The notes: a model not told the origin generated them from the letters alone. 64,000 bases of DNA from an uncultured Candidatus Binatia bacterium (GCA_964291295.2 OZ219754.1:1088001-1152000); one strand, 5' to 3'; numbered from the stretch's first letter, positions 48,916-59,880 are shown. Translations and numbers: made by a program.

Positions 48916-50202
48916 ATGGATATGGCTGGAACGATACGCGAGTTCTCGCGGGTGCCGCTCCTGGGGTGGCTGGCTGCCGGGTTCGTGGCGGTGTTGCTGG
49001 AGATCCTGGCGGGGACGCCTCTGGCCCTGTCCCTGGGCCTGCCCAAGATACCGGTCCTGTTCGGCGTGGTGGTGGCGCTCAAGAAGCCCCTGCTGTTTCC
49101 CGGCGCGGCGGTGTACGTGCTGCTGATCTACGCCGTGCCCATCGCGGTGGTCGCCCGCTTCACCCGCGGTCTCGCCAACCGGGCCGCGGGCCGGCTGCTG
49201 GCCTTTCCGTTGCCGGTGTCCGCGGCCGTTCACCTGGGCCTTTTCTACCTCACCCTCGAGATGTGGTCCGGCTTGAGCGACTACCGGGACCTGGTACTCC
49301 GCTTCACCCTGATCGCGGTGATCGTCACCCTGAGCCTCAACGTGATCAACGGCTACATGGGCGAGTTCTCGTGTTCCCATCCCGGCTTCATGGCGGTGGG
49401 CGCCTACGTGGCGTCGGTCCTGACCATCGACCTGTTCACCAACCACCGGGTCTTCGGCGCCGCCCTGCTGCCGGCGGCCGCGGGGCCGCTGATCTTCCCG
49501 CTGATCCTCGTCGCCGGCGGCCTGGTGTCGGCGGTCGCCGCCCTGGTGGTGGCGATCCCCTCGTTCAGGACCCGGGGCGACTACCTGGCCATCATCTCGC
49601 TGGCGTTCATGTTCATCATCAAGAGCCTGATCGAGAACCTGGATGTGGTGGGCGGGGCGCGCGGCCTGGGCGGCCAGCCGGACTGGGCCGGTCTGCCCAC
49701 GGTGTTCCTGTGGACGGTGGCCTGCGTCTGGGTCATCAACAATTTCGTGCGCTCGACCCTGGGCAAGGCGCTCAACGCGGTGCGGGACAACGAGATGGCG
49801 GCCACCGCCATGACCGTCGACACGCGCTACACCAAGATGGTGGGCTTCCTGTTCGCCGCCTTCTGGGCCGGGGTCGCCGGCGGCCTCTTCGCCCATGTGC
49901 TGCGCTACGTCAACCCGGGCACCTTCGGCATCCAGAAGCTGGCGGAGGTGCTGGCCATGGTCTATTTCGGCGGGCTGAACTCGGTCTACGGCTCCATTGT
50001 CGGCGCCGTCGGCATCAGTCTGCTCGGGGAAGTCCTGCGCCCGCTCGAAATCTTCAAGTGGATCATCATCCCGCTGCTGTTGATCCTGGTGATGATCTAC
50101 CGGCCCACCGGCCTCATCGCCTTCAGGGACTTCGATGTCGGGGCCATCCTCAAACCGAAATCGGAACCGGAAAGGGATCACCATGCCCTTCCTGAAGGTT
50201 GA
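48916..50202 (+). CDS. branched-chain amino acid ABC permease (LivM-like)
   Basis: SLNVINGYMGEFS, RGDYLAI, AVRDNE and RPTGL motifs. Confidence 0.92.
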   Translation: MDMAGTIREFSRVPLLGWLAAGFVAVLLEILAGTPLALSLGLPKIPVLFGVVVALKKPLLFPGAAVYVLLIYAVPIAVVARFTRGLANRAAGRLLAFPLPVSAAVHLGLFYLTLEMWSGLSDYRDLVLRFTLIAVIVTLSLNVINGYMGEFSCSHPGFMAVGAYVASVLTIDLFTNHRVFGAALLPAAAGPLIFPLILVAGGLVSAVAALVVAIPSFRTRGDYLAIISLAFMFIIKSLIENLDVVGGARGLGGQPDWAGLPTVFLWTVACVWVINNFVRSTLGKALNAVRDNEMAATAMTVDTRYTKMVGFLFAAFWAGVAGGLFAHVLRYVNPGTFGIQKLAEVLAMVYFGGLNSVYGSIVGAVGISLLGEVLRPLEIFKWIIIPLLLILVMIYRPTGLIAFRDFDVGAILKPKSEPERDHHALPEG

Positions 50203-50950
50203 TCACATCACGCACCAGTTCGGCGGCCTGCGGGCGGTCCACGACTACGAGCTGTCCATCGAGCCCGGCCAGATCCGCGGGCTCATCGGACCCAACGGCG
50301 CCGGCAAGACCACGATCTTCAACCTCATCACCGGCATCTACAACCCCACGCACGGCCGCATCTGGCTTGACGGCGACATGATCTGCGGCCTGCCGCCCCA
50401 CCGCATCGCCTCCATGGGCATCGGCAGGACCTTCCAGAACCTGCTGCTCTGGCGCCACATGAACGTCCTGGAGCATGTCAAGATGGCGCGCTACTCCCGG
50501 ATCGGCTACGGTCTCCTCGGGGCATGCCTCGGCACTCCGAGGCGGCACCGGGAAGAGCGCGAGATAGAAGAGAAGGCCCTGGCCCTGCTGGAGATGCTGG
50601 ATATCCGCCACCTGGCGCACCAGGCCGTCCCCAACCTGCCCTACGGCGCCCAGCGCAGGGTCGAGATGGCCCGGGCCCTGGCCACCGAGCCCCGGCTGCT
50701 GCTGCTGGACGAACCCACCGCCGGCATGAATCCGGACGAGCTGGTGCAGATCATGGAGATCATCCGGAGGGTGCACCGGGAACTGGGCTTGGCGATCCTC
50801 CTGATCGAACACCGGATGCGATTCGTCATGGAACTGTGCGAGCGGATCCAGACGCTGGATTTCGGCGAAGTGATCGCGGAGGGGACGCCGGAGGAGATCC
50901 AGCACAACCCCAGGGTCATCGAAGCCTACCTGGGCGCCGGCATCGAGTGA
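50183..50950 (+). CDS. ABC transporter ATP-binding protein (LivG-like)
   Basis: GPNGAGKT, LPYGAQRRVE, DEPTAGMN and VIEAYLG motifs. Confidence 0.93.
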   Translation: MPFLKVDHITHQFGGLRAVHDYELSIEPGQIRGLIGPNGAGKTTIFNLITGIYNPTHGRIWLDGDMICGLPPHRIASMGIGRTFQNLLLWRHMNVLEHVKMARYSRIGYGLLGACLGTPRRHREEREIEEKALALLEMLDIRHLAHQAVPNLPYGAQRRVEMARALATEPRLLLLDEPTAGMNPDELVQIMEIIRRVHRELGLAILLIEHRMRFVMELCERIQTLDFGEVIAEGTPEEIQHNPRVIEAYLGAGIE

Positions 50951-50955
50951 AGCCG

Positions 50956-51666
50956 ATGTTGTTGTCCGTCGAAAACCTGCGCGTCTCCTACGACCGGATC
51001 CGTGCCCTCCAGGGGATCGGCTTCGAGATCGACGAGGGCGAGATCGTCTGCATCATCGGCGCCAACGGGGCGGGCAAGAGCACCACGCTGCTGGCCATCT
51101 CGCGCATGGTGGCGGTGGAGGCGGGCACCCGCATGACCTGCATGGGCAAGGATCTGCTCGGATTCTCCGCCGACAAGGTGGTGAGCCAACTGGCGATCTC
51201 CCACGTGCCGGAGGGGCGACGGCTGTTCGACAACCTCACGGTGATGGAGAATCTGAGGCTGTCCTGCTTCGCCCGCCGGGACGACGGCATCAAGCGGGAC
51301 ATCGACCGGGTCCTCGCCATTTTCCCGCGGCTCGCGGAGCGGGAACATCAGAAGGCCGGAACGTTGAGCGGCGGCGAGCAGCAGATGCTGGCCGTGGGCC
51401 GGGCTTTCATGAGCGGGCGCAGGCTCATGCTGCTGGACGAGCCTTCCATGGGACTGGCCCCGCTGATGATGAAGACCGTGTTCGACGCCCTCCGGGAGAT
51501 CAACCGTGAAGGCACCACCATCCTTCTGGTGGAACAGAACGCGCAACTGGCGCTGCGCTTCGCCAGCAGGGGATACGTGCTGGAAAACGGCAACCTGGTG
51601 CTCGAAGGCAGGTCCGGGGACCTTCTCGCCGATCCCGGAGTCAAGCAGGCCTACCTGGGCGGCTGA
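50956..51666 (+). CDS. ABC transporter ATP-binding protein (LivF-like)
   Basis: GANGAGKST, VPEGR, LSGGEQQM and DEPSMGLAP motifs. Confidence 0.93.
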   Translation: MLLSVENLRVSYDRIRALQGIGFEIDEGEIVCIIGANGAGKSTTLLAISRMVAVEAGTRMTCMGKDLLGFSADKVVSQLAISHVPEGRRLFDNLTVMENLRLSCFARRDDGIKRDIDRVLAIFPRLAEREHQKAGTLSGGEQQMLAVGRAFMSGRRLMLLDEPSMGLAPLMMKTVFDALREINREGTTILLVEQNAQLALRFASRGYVLENGNLVLEGRSGDLLADPGVKQAYLGG

Positions 51667-51825
51667 CAAGGCCGCCGCCCGACCCTGCAGCCGCCGCCGG
51701 AAGCCTCTGCTCCCGCACCACGCCCGGGGAAGACCCGAACAAGGCGAGTCTGTCTGGTGGCAAAGAATGGCAATGGCCGGAAAGACAAGGGGCGGAACAC
51801 GACCCTCGGGCATCCCCGCGCAGGC

Positions 51826-52357
51826 CACGGACACCGATTCCATTATCTCCCGGGCGGCGCCGCCGCCGGAACGCGGCCACCAAGGGCCTTTCGCTCCGGT
51901 CGGGACCGATACCGACTCTCTGGCGCGCCGCCAAGGGCGGCTCCTGGGGGCGTTCGGCTCGCGGCAGGCGGTGGCCCGGCACGCCGAGGGTCTGGGGCTG
52001 TCCGCGGACGCCTGGTTGGCGAGGTTCGGCGATGTCCGGCTGGAGGGGCCGGCTCCGGACTGGGGATGCGCCTTTCGGGAACTCCATGACAGATTGGCCG
52101 ATACCGAGAGGCCCTTTGCCGCCGTCTATCCGTGGGCGCGGGGCTGTGTCGAGGGGGCATGGCCCGACGGTCTGCCCCACGACGCCAGTGCGCTGGATGG
52201 GCCCATTGCCCATCTCGAATGGCGTTTTCGCGCGGTCCTGTTGCAGACCATGCGGTACGAGGCGCGATTGGGCGCGGCGGGAACCACTTGGGCGGCGCGG
52301 TTCGCGCGCAGTCCCGCGCTGGCCTACGCGTTGGGCCGCACGATGGCGGACTGGCGT
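51826..52357 (+). pseudogene. N-terminal fragment of a class II lanthipeptide synthetase (LanM-like)
   Basis: IISRA...GLSADAWLARFGDVRL.GPAPDW...WAARFARSPALAYALGRTMADWR resembles the LanM N-terminus up to the (Y/S)P.LA..L...W helix, then stops abruptly at the tolC antisense sequence. Confidence 0.55.
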
Positions 52358-53559
52358 TCCGCGTCAAGAACTTCCCGCGTCGACCGATCTCCGAACTCGG
52401 CCTCACGCCGGACCCCGGCAAGCGCGGCCCGCGGCGCATCGACCGCGGTCGCGTAAGCCGACCGGCGCTGTCCGGCAGCCTGCATGTTACGCCAGGCGCT
52501 TTCGACCCGTTGCGACGCGTTGTGCATGGCGTCAAGCCATTCGTGCCGGCGCTGAGCTTCCACATGTCTGGCGCGGCGAATCCGTGCACCTGCCGCACCC
52601 GCCTGGTAGAGCGGTGCGGTCAACTGCAGCGTCAGGCTCGTTTCGGTGTTTCCCGGAAGCGCCGTTCCCGATTGTCCCTTGGCCGCAACGCTGAGATCGA
52701 CGCGCGGTCCGAGACCGGCCTTGGCAAGGCGGACGGCGGTCTCGGCGGTGCCGATGGCGGCCTTGGCGGCGCGGACGGCGGGCCGCTTTGTCCGGGCCAG
52801 CCGACGTGCCTCGTCCAGGGTGTGCGGCATGCCGGCCGGCTGCAGACCGTCCGGCACCAGGCCGATTGATGGGAGAAAGAGAGCCCGCTGGACTTCCAGG
52901 TCGGCGGTCGCCGTCACCAGATCCGCAGCGGCAATATCCCGCTCCGCCTCGGCCTGGGCGACGTCCGCCCCGGTCCGGTCCCCTACATCGTATTGCGCCT
53001 TGACGCCCCGAACCTGCTTTTCGAGGGTCGCAAGTGAGGCGGCGCGCAGATCGATCACCTGTTCCGCCCGGAGCGTATCAAGATGGATTGTTGCGGCACG
53101 AAGAAGAACAGCCTGTTCCCTGTCCTCCACGGAGGCATGGCTCATGGAGACACCGCGAACAGCCCCCTGGAGCCTGGCCGAGTCGCGGCCGCTTCGAAAC
53201 AGGTTCTGGTTGATGGAGAACGTCCATGAGCGCGGGGAGGAATACTGGGTCCGGTCAGCGCCAGCCAAGAGCGGAGATGGATCGGAGACCGTCCTGGATC
53301 GACCGCGGCCGGCGTTGAACTGGACCGTGGGCAGCCACGCGGAAACGGCCTCCGGCACATCCTGATGCCGTGCGCGCGCGGCTTCACGGACCGCAACCAG
53401 ACCCGGGTTCGAGGCCACGGCTCCGGCCAGCGCCTCCTTGATGGTCAGCGCCGGCGCTGGCGAGACGGCGTCCGCCAGCACCGGCACCAGAATCACGGCA
53501 AGCTGCGCAAGGCACGAATGCACCATACACACTCCCAGTCTCACATTCTCCGGTGTCAC
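52324..53559 (-). pseudogene. tolC: TolC family outer-membrane export protein, C-terminally truncated
   Basis: Signal peptide; AVASNPGL, NQNLFRSG, VGDRTGADVAQAEA, PLYQAG and FGDRSTREVLDAE motifs; the final helix is missing after DAERQ. Confidence 0.8.
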
Positions 53560-53884
53560 ATTCCCGGTCCCGGCAAAGACATGATTCTTGAATCACGTTC
53601 GTCGTTCTCTTGTCGAATATGTCTTGTCGAACATGTCCGGAACCGGACCGCCGCGGCTTTCCTGGAGGCTGTTTCGTTTGAGTCCTGTTGCCCCATGCAG
53701 GCTCTGGCTGGCTGCCCGGTGATCTGCTTGGGTCCTGCTTCGGTCTCTGCGGGCGGGCTGCTCCGGGTGGGGCCGGGCAAGCTGGACACCGCCGCCGCCG
53801 TCATGCACCTGACCCGATCCCCTGGCGGGTTTCCTGGCGTCCCATCGCCTGTTTCGAAACGTCCGGAACGAAAGTCGAGTGCGG

Positions 53885-54045
53885 TTCACCGGCCATCCAA
53901 CGATCCGGTGTGGGGTGCTGCGGGCACGGACGCAGAATAGACGAACCACGGTCCAGGTTGCAACACGGGTGAAGGCCGCCGTGTACGGACGATCGGGGCG
54001 GGTGCCTGGAACCGCCGGCTCATCTTGTCGGGTCGCTGCCGCCGC
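53885..54045 (-). mobile_element. degraded IS3-family transposase (rve core) remnant
   Basis: Across frames: DKMSRRFQAP, RPDRPYTAAFTRVATW and RIVGW, resembling IS3 D.V.R.F.A.RP..LWVADFTYVATW...RRIVGW. Confidence 0.6.
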
Positions 54046-54254
54046 TCGCACTCCCTGTCCGCCGCCATATCGCATCTGTGGCCCATCCAGACCGCCATCA
54101 GGAAATCCCGGATCCGCTCCGACCGAAAACGCCGCCGTCACCACCACGACATGGTCCTGGGGAGTCGTTGCGGGAACGTGAACACGGCGGGTTTCTGTGC
54201 TACGTTCGGAAAGCGGAATCGTCGCGGCAAGCGGGCCGTGGGGTCGGGGGGCGC

Positions 54255-55424
54255 ATGTCTTCAACGCTCATCAAGAACATCGGGACGCTGGTGACCGGCA
54301 TGCTGGAGGCTCCCCTGCGGGACGCCGACTCGGTGGTGGTGCGGGACGGCGTGATCCGGGAAGTGGGCAACGGACTTGGCGGCGCCACCGACCGGACCAT
54401 CGACGCCAACGGGACCACGGTTCTTCCCGGCCTCATCGATTCCCATTCCCACCCCACCTTCGGCAATTTCACGCCGGCGCAGAACTCCATGGGGTGGATC
54501 ACCCACTACATGCACGGCGGGGTCACCTCCCTCATCTCCGCCGGCGAGTTGCATGTGCCGGGGCTGCCGCTGCCGCCGGACCCTCTGTGCGCGGTGTCGC
54601 TGGCCATCGTTGCCAGGCGGTGCTGGGACAATCTGCGCCCCACCGGCGCCCGGGTGCACGGCGGCACGCTGCTGCTGGTGCCGGGTCTTGAGGAAAAGGA
54701 CTTCGACACCATCGCGGAAGCGGGCATCCGGCTGGTCAAGTTCATCTTCTACGATTACAGGCTGCTGCCCACGGGCGAGGCGGAACGCTACACCAAGTGG
54801 GCAAGGGCGCGGGACATCAAGGTGAAGATCCACTCCGGCGGGGTTTCCCGCTCGGGGGTCAGCCAGGTGGCGGGGATGGACATCGTCAAGGCCATCGACC
54901 CGGACATCATCGGCCACGCCACCGGCGGCCCCATCCCCATGCCCGAGGAAGACCTGCGCCGCATCATCGCCGACACCGACTGCCACGTCGAGATCTGCAC
55001 CTCGGGCAACCTGCGCATGGGCATGGTGCTGGCCGACGCGGTCAGGCGGAATGGCGCCGAGAGTCGGGTGCTGGTGGGCACCGACACGCCAGGCGGTACC
55101 GGCGTGGTGCCCCGGGGCATCCTGCGCGAGATCTGCTTCCTGGCTTCCCTGGGCGGCATCGCGCCGGAGCACGCCGTGGCCATGGCCACCGGCAACACGG
55201 GGCGCGCCCACGGACTGGACTTCGGCATCATTGCGGAGGGCAAGCCCGCGGACCTCGTGATCATGGACCGCGTCACCGGGTCGGTGTCCCGGAACGCGCT
55301 GGATTCGTTCTCCAAGGGCGACCTTCCGGGCATCTCGGTGGTGATGATCGACGGCGAACTCACCGTTGGCGGCCGAAGCGAACAGACGCCGCCGCCCGAG
55401 CGGGGGGTCACCATCAGCACGTAG
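54255..55424 (+). CDS. amidohydrolase superfamily protein, enamidase-like
   Basis: PGLIDSHSH, GGVTSLISAGELH.PG, IHSGG, GHATGGP, GTDTPGGTG and GKPADLV motifs. Confidence 0.88.
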   Translation: MSSTLIKNIGTLVTGMLEAPLRDADSVVVRDGVIREVGNGLGGATDRTIDANGTTVLPGLIDSHSHPTFGNFTPAQNSMGWITHYMHGGVTSLISAGELHVPGLPLPPDPLCAVSLAIVARRCWDNLRPTGARVHGGTLLLVPGLEEKDFDTIAEAGIRLVKFIFYDYRLLPTGEAERYTKWARARDIKVKIHSGGVSRSGVSQVAGMDIVKAIDPDIIGHATGGPIPMPEEDLRRIIADTDCHVEICTSGNLRMGMVLADAVRRNGAESRVLVGTDTPGGTGVVPRGILREICFLASLGGIAPEHAVAMATGNTGRAHGLDFGIIAEGKPADLVIMDRVTGSVSRNALDSFSKGDLPGISVVMIDGELTVGGRSEQTPPPERGVTIST

Positions 55425-55803
55425 GAACGGGCGCCCCTCAAGTCGGTTCACGCCGCGGTGCCGTATGCGCCAACCGCGACGGCGAAGACCACCACGAGAC
55501 CGCGACCCTCGCCACCATCAACCGGGATTGCGACGCGACCGGGCATTTCCAGGAAGAGGCCGCCAACGCCACGGTCGTATCGCAATCCTGACCCTGCGGC
55601 CCGGCCTCGTCAACTCGAGAAGTAAACGCAGACGGAAACTCCAGCAGGGCAGATGCCTGCGGGTACGCCAACCCGTCAGTATCCGCTGCGTTGTCGCGCG
55701 GTCAGCGCCAACGACAATCTCGAAGTCCACGGTGCGCACCCAGCCTGGAACATCCGCAATGCCGCAGCGTGGGATAGTCATGGAGAGATGCCACCCGCAG
55801 GCG

Positions 55804-56702
55804 CTATGACTTCTTCGATCCGTCAGCAGTTGCCGTAGCCGACATCGGTTGTACGACTCCGGAGAAACCTGTTTGGCTACGGCCCGCCGAGCGACTGCGG
55901 ATTGCATCGGCAATGGGCGCCAGTCGAGTCGGTCCGGAAAATGTGCCGTCATCCAGCAACTTGGTAATCTGTTCTGTATCCATGACGGCAAGAAACATGA
56001 ATATGCGGGGAATCGAACTCATGCGCGAACTCGACTTGGCCAATTCGACGTCATGGATACGGCAAAACTCTCGAATGTCCCCATTATTGATGACAATACC
56101 TATAACTTCGATGTGGCGAGATGGATTTTCGCTCCGAAATGAATCCAGAGACGTCGAAAGCAGAGGAAAACCAATGGTTGCGAAATACTCGGGTCGTACG
56201 GGAACCAGGACATAACGAGATGCACGGTAGGCTGCACGCGTAAAAACCGATTCAGTTGGAGGACAATCGATCAGAACGATGTCCTTTTCCTGGAAGTGCT
56301 CCGTAATGTACTGCGCGAGTACCTTCGGATCTGGTTTCAACGCCCGAACAAGATTGTCGGAAAAATCGAATCTGGAAGGGATGTAGGAGAGCGTTCCATC
56401 CGTGAAGACATCCCGGACAGTATCGACAGGATCAAGCGGAGTGGGCGACTCTTGATGTCGAGTAGGGGGACGATAGCCATTGAAAACTTCCACGATGGAC
56501 GGTTGCCCGCTTTCGAGGAATCGCACGTAGGCGTTGCCCATGTACGCTTGGCTCAGGTTCGCTTGTGGTCCAGGTCGACGACAAGGACGCGGTGACCCTT
56601 GTAGGCGGCGTGTCGTCCCAACAACGCGGCGATTGTTGTCTTTCCGACACCGCCCTTCATGTTGATCACTGACACGCATACAGGTCCGCGTTCGCCATCC
56701 AT
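55804..56702 (-). pseudogene. ParA/Soj-like ATPase pseudogene fused to the 3' end of another gene
   Basis: INMKGGVGKTT and VVDLD in one frame; PQANLS, LIDCPPT and LVPVRP in another (frameshift near 56568). After GIVINNG it switches to an unrelated tail. Lower GC than the flanks. Confidence 0.8.
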
Positions 56703-57124
56703 CGAAGGTCTCCTGTCAATCTGGCACAGATCCAAGAATACTGGACGGTCACGACGTGGGCAAGCTGCGGCAGGAACAAGTCTCCGCAAAATCACATGGT
56801 GCAATGCCATTCATGGGACATGCCGCCAGGAAGGAGCGGGATGACGGGTTGCCGGCGGGTCTTGTCGGCAACTTCTCTGCGAATCACGGCGGCATCGACC
56901 AAATGGACGGCGCGTTCGGCGTCTACGTCAAGAAGTGGCACGCAACCTGCCGGGAGACGGGCAGCCCGCCCGGCGCCGGTAATTGACAACAGGCGCTCCG
57001 CGCCGTAGATTTCGCGGGCATGACACGGGCGGGGATGGCGAAGAAGGCGCCTTCACCGTCCGGCGTTTTCCGGATGCGCCGGACGAGGACGCCGCGCTCC
57101 GGGTCAAGGGAGGAGGTTTCCCTG

Positions 57125-58108
57125 GTGAGTTCACTGGAGTACGGCGTGGGGCTGTTTCCCACGGAATCCGTCCCGCGCATCGTGCAGCTGGGCAAACAGG
57201 CGGAGGAGTTGTCCTTCAGCCACGTCTGGATCGGTGACTCGCATCTCATCTGGCGCGAAGCCTTCGTCAACATGGCCGCGGTGGCGCTCCATACCTCCAG
57301 AGTGGTCATCGGCACCGGCGTCACCAACCCCGTCACCCGGCACCCCTCGGTGCTTGCCAGCGCCTATGCCACCCTGGACGAGATGGCTCCCGGCCGCTTC
57401 GCCGTGGGGATCGGCCTCGGCGACAGTTCCCTGGAGACCATGGGACGGAAGCAGGCGTTGCTGGCCGAGTTCGAGGAGGCGGTGGCGCAGATGCGCGCGG
57501 TGATCGAAGGAGGCGAGGCGGAGCTGAGCAGCGGCAGGATCCGGCTCAACTTTGCGCAGAACCGCAGGGTCCCGTTCTACGTGGCCGCCAGCGGCCCGAA
57601 GATGCTGGAACTCGCCGGGCGCCTGGCGGACGGCGTGATCATTCTGGTGGGCGTGGATGCCGGCGCCGTCGAAAGAGCCGTGGAACGGATTGCCGCCGGA
57701 GCCGCCTCGGCAGGCCGCAAGCTCTCCGACATCGACCTGGTGCTGTGGGTTCCATGCGCGGTCTCCGAGAATCCCGGAGCCAGGGACGCGGTCAAGGCCC
57801 ACGTGGCCCGGGTCATCGCCCACCCATTGCCCTTCACCCTGGACGAACGCGAACAGAAGGTCCTGGACGACATCCGCCAAGCCTACAACTACTACCAGCA
57901 CATGGATCAGCGGGCCGCTCAGGCGCGCGTGATCCCGGACTGGCTGGTGGACAAGTTCGCCATCGCCGGCACCCCGGACGAGTGTCACGCCAAGGTCCGG
58001 GAGCTCGAACGGAGTGCCATCAACCAGGTGGCGATCATTCCCTACGACGTGGGCGACGCCGACCGGGGCGAGACCATGCGGCTTTTTGCCGGCGCCGCCG
58101 GCCGGTAG
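57125..58108 (+). CDS. LLM class flavin/F420-dependent oxidoreductase (Mer-like)
   Basis: WIGDSH, GTGVTNP.TRHP, GIGLGDS and AASGPKML.LAG.LADG motifs; GTG start after GGAGGAGG. Confidence 0.9.
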   Translation: MSSLEYGVGLFPTESVPRIVQLGKQAEELSFSHVWIGDSHLIWREAFVNMAAVALHTSRVVIGTGVTNPVTRHPSVLASAYATLDEMAPGRFAVGIGLGDSSLETMGRKQALLAEFEEAVAQMRAVIEGGEAELSSGRIRLNFAQNRRVPFYVAASGPKMLELAGRLADGVIILVGVDAGAVERAVERIAAGAASAGRKLSDIDLVLWVPCAVSENPGARDAVKAHVARVIAHPLPFTLDEREQKVLDDIRQAYNYYQHMDQRAAQARVIPDWLVDKFAIAGTPDECHAKVRELERSAINQVAIIPYDVGDADRGETMRLFAGAAGR

Positions 58109-58174
58109 CCGTGCCCCCCTCCCCCCATCCGTGCTTCCTTGCGGCTGGAGCAGCCGTCGCGTATGAATAGGGGC

Positions 58175-59422
58175 ATGAGCGACGCGGCGAAACGACTCGA
58201 GGAGATCATCGAGGACGATCGTGAGGATCTGATCGGATTGTGCCTGGAGTTGGGCAACATCCCGAGCCCCCACGCCAGGGAGAGGGCCCTTGGCGAGGCC
58301 ACGGTGGACTGGCTCAAGCGCAATGGCATCGACGCCTGGCTCCAGTGGATCACCGGCGAGAGCGTCAACGCCGTGGGCCTGATCCGTGGCGCCGGCGGCG
58401 GTTCGAGCCTGATTCTCAACGCCCACATGGACACCGGCCCCGAGCTTTCAGCGGACGCCGCCGGGACGGACATACGGATGGAAGGCGCCTGGGTGGACGG
58501 GGAGTTGATGTTCGGCAAGGGGCTCATCAATGACAAGGCCCAGCTCTGCGCCTTCATGATCGCCGCCCGGGCGCTCCGGAAGGCGGGCGTGGTTCCTGGC
58601 GGCGACGTCTACGTCACCGGGGTGGCCTTCGAGACCGGAGAGCCGTCGGTGGACCACAACCAGGGCGTGAACTTCCCCGGCGAGGGGTTCGGCGCCAGGT
58701 GGCTCGTGGACCGGGGCGTCACCGCCGACTACTGCCTGGTGGGAGAGACATCCGGATTCGGGATCATCACGGGCGAGTGCGGCGCGGTCTGGCTCAAGAT
58801 CCGCTGCAAGGGGCGCGAGGTGTACACGCCCCGGCTCCACCGCGGGGCGTCCCTGCGCGAGCATCCCAACCCCTGGCTCAAGGTGGCCCATGCGATCACG
58901 GCGCTGGAGGAATGGGCCATCGCCTACGAGGACAAGGGGCGCTTCGAGTTTCCCGGCGGCACCATGATTCCCAAGGCCCAGGTGGCCGCGGTTCGCGGCG
59001 GCCCCGGCTACTGCGACATCCACTATGACGTGCGCATCGTGCCCGGGACCGACCCCCAGGCCATCAGGGGCGAGATCGCGGCGGTGATGGCGGCCCTGGA
59101 CTTCGACGCCGACGTGTCCGTCTACCAGTATTCGAGGGGACACGTGGCGCGGAACGCGGACCTGCTCATCGACGCCATCGACCGGGCCCACCGCGACGTC
59201 ATGGGAACCGAGCCGCCGGCGCCGCCCTCGGCGGAGATCAGCATGTGGCGGGACATGAACGTGTTCAACGAGGTGGGGATTCCGGCCGTGTGCTATGGTC
59301 CGCCCCGGCAGACGGAGAACATCAGCCAGGCGCGGGACCGCGCCATGAAGATCGACGATCTCGTTGCCGCGACCAAGGTGTACGCGCGTACTGTCCTGTC
59401 CGTATGCGGGGAATCGAAATGA
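58175..59422 (+). CDS. M20/ArgE-DapE family metallo-amidohydrolase
   Basis: LILNAHMDT, FGKGLINDK, VGE, DVRIVPG and GIPAVCYGP motifs. Confidence 0.85.
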   Translation: MSDAAKRLEEIIEDDREDLIGLCLELGNIPSPHARERALGEATVDWLKRNGIDAWLQWITGESVNAVGLIRGAGGGSSLILNAHMDTGPELSADAAGTDIRMEGAWVDGELMFGKGLINDKAQLCAFMIAARALRKAGVVPGGDVYVTGVAFETGEPSVDHNQGVNFPGEGFGARWLVDRGVTADYCLVGETSGFGIITGECGAVWLKIRCKGREVYTPRLHRGASLREHPNPWLKVAHAITALEEWAIAYEDKGRFEFPGGTMIPKAQVAAVRGGPGYCDIHYDVRIVPGTDPQAIRGEIAAVMAALDFDADVSVYQYSRGHVARNADLLIDAIDRAHRDVMGTEPPAPPSAEISMWRDMNVFNEVGIPAVCYGPPRQTENISQARDRAMKIDDLVAATKVYARTVLSVCGESK

Positions 59423-59437
59423 TCGGGGGATGTTGCC

Positions 59438-59827
59438 TTGGGTAGTTCGACGGCGGTCACGCGCGGGGTGCGGGTCGAGGTCACGACCGCGTACGACCCG
59501 AACCGTTCATTCCCCGAGCACAACCGATGGTTCTATCTCTACACCGTGGAAATCAGCAACGAAGGCTCGGAAACCGTACAGCTCATAAGCCGTTACTGGG
59601 TCATCACCGACGCCACCGGCCACATGGAGGAGGTCAAGGGCCCCGGGGTGGTGGGGGAGAGTCCGGTGCTGGAGGAAGGGGAGTCCTTCGAGTACACTTC
59701 CGGCTGCCCGCTCTCGACCCCCTACGGCACCATGCACGGCACCTACCAGATGGTCACCGCCACCGGGCACCGCTTCGACGCCCGGATCGCCGAGTTCGTG
59801 CTCGGCGACCCGCAGTCGCTTCACTAG
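59438..59827 (+). CDS. apaG: ApaG protein
   Basis: VQLISRYWVITD, EVKGPGVVGE, YTSGCPL and GTMHGTY motifs. Confidence 0.95.
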   Translation: MGSSTAVTRGVRVEVTTAYDPNRSFPEHNRWFYLYTVEISNEGSETVQLISRYWVITDATGHMEEVKGPGVVGESPVLEEGESFEYTSGCPLSTPYGTMHGTYQMVTATGHRFDARIAEFVLGDPQSLH

Positions 59828-59880
59828 GCCCCTGCGCCGCAGGACGCTTCGGGATGTGACCGGTGGAAGAGCATGACCAG

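Noticed and set aside
55440-55800. Possible gene remnants after the amidohydrolase
   Set aside because: No identifiable family in any frame.
56756-56986. Fragment GLPAGLVGNFSANHGG...GAFG as the tail of another TbpB-like lipoprotein
   Set aside because: The resemblance is too short to support without a search.
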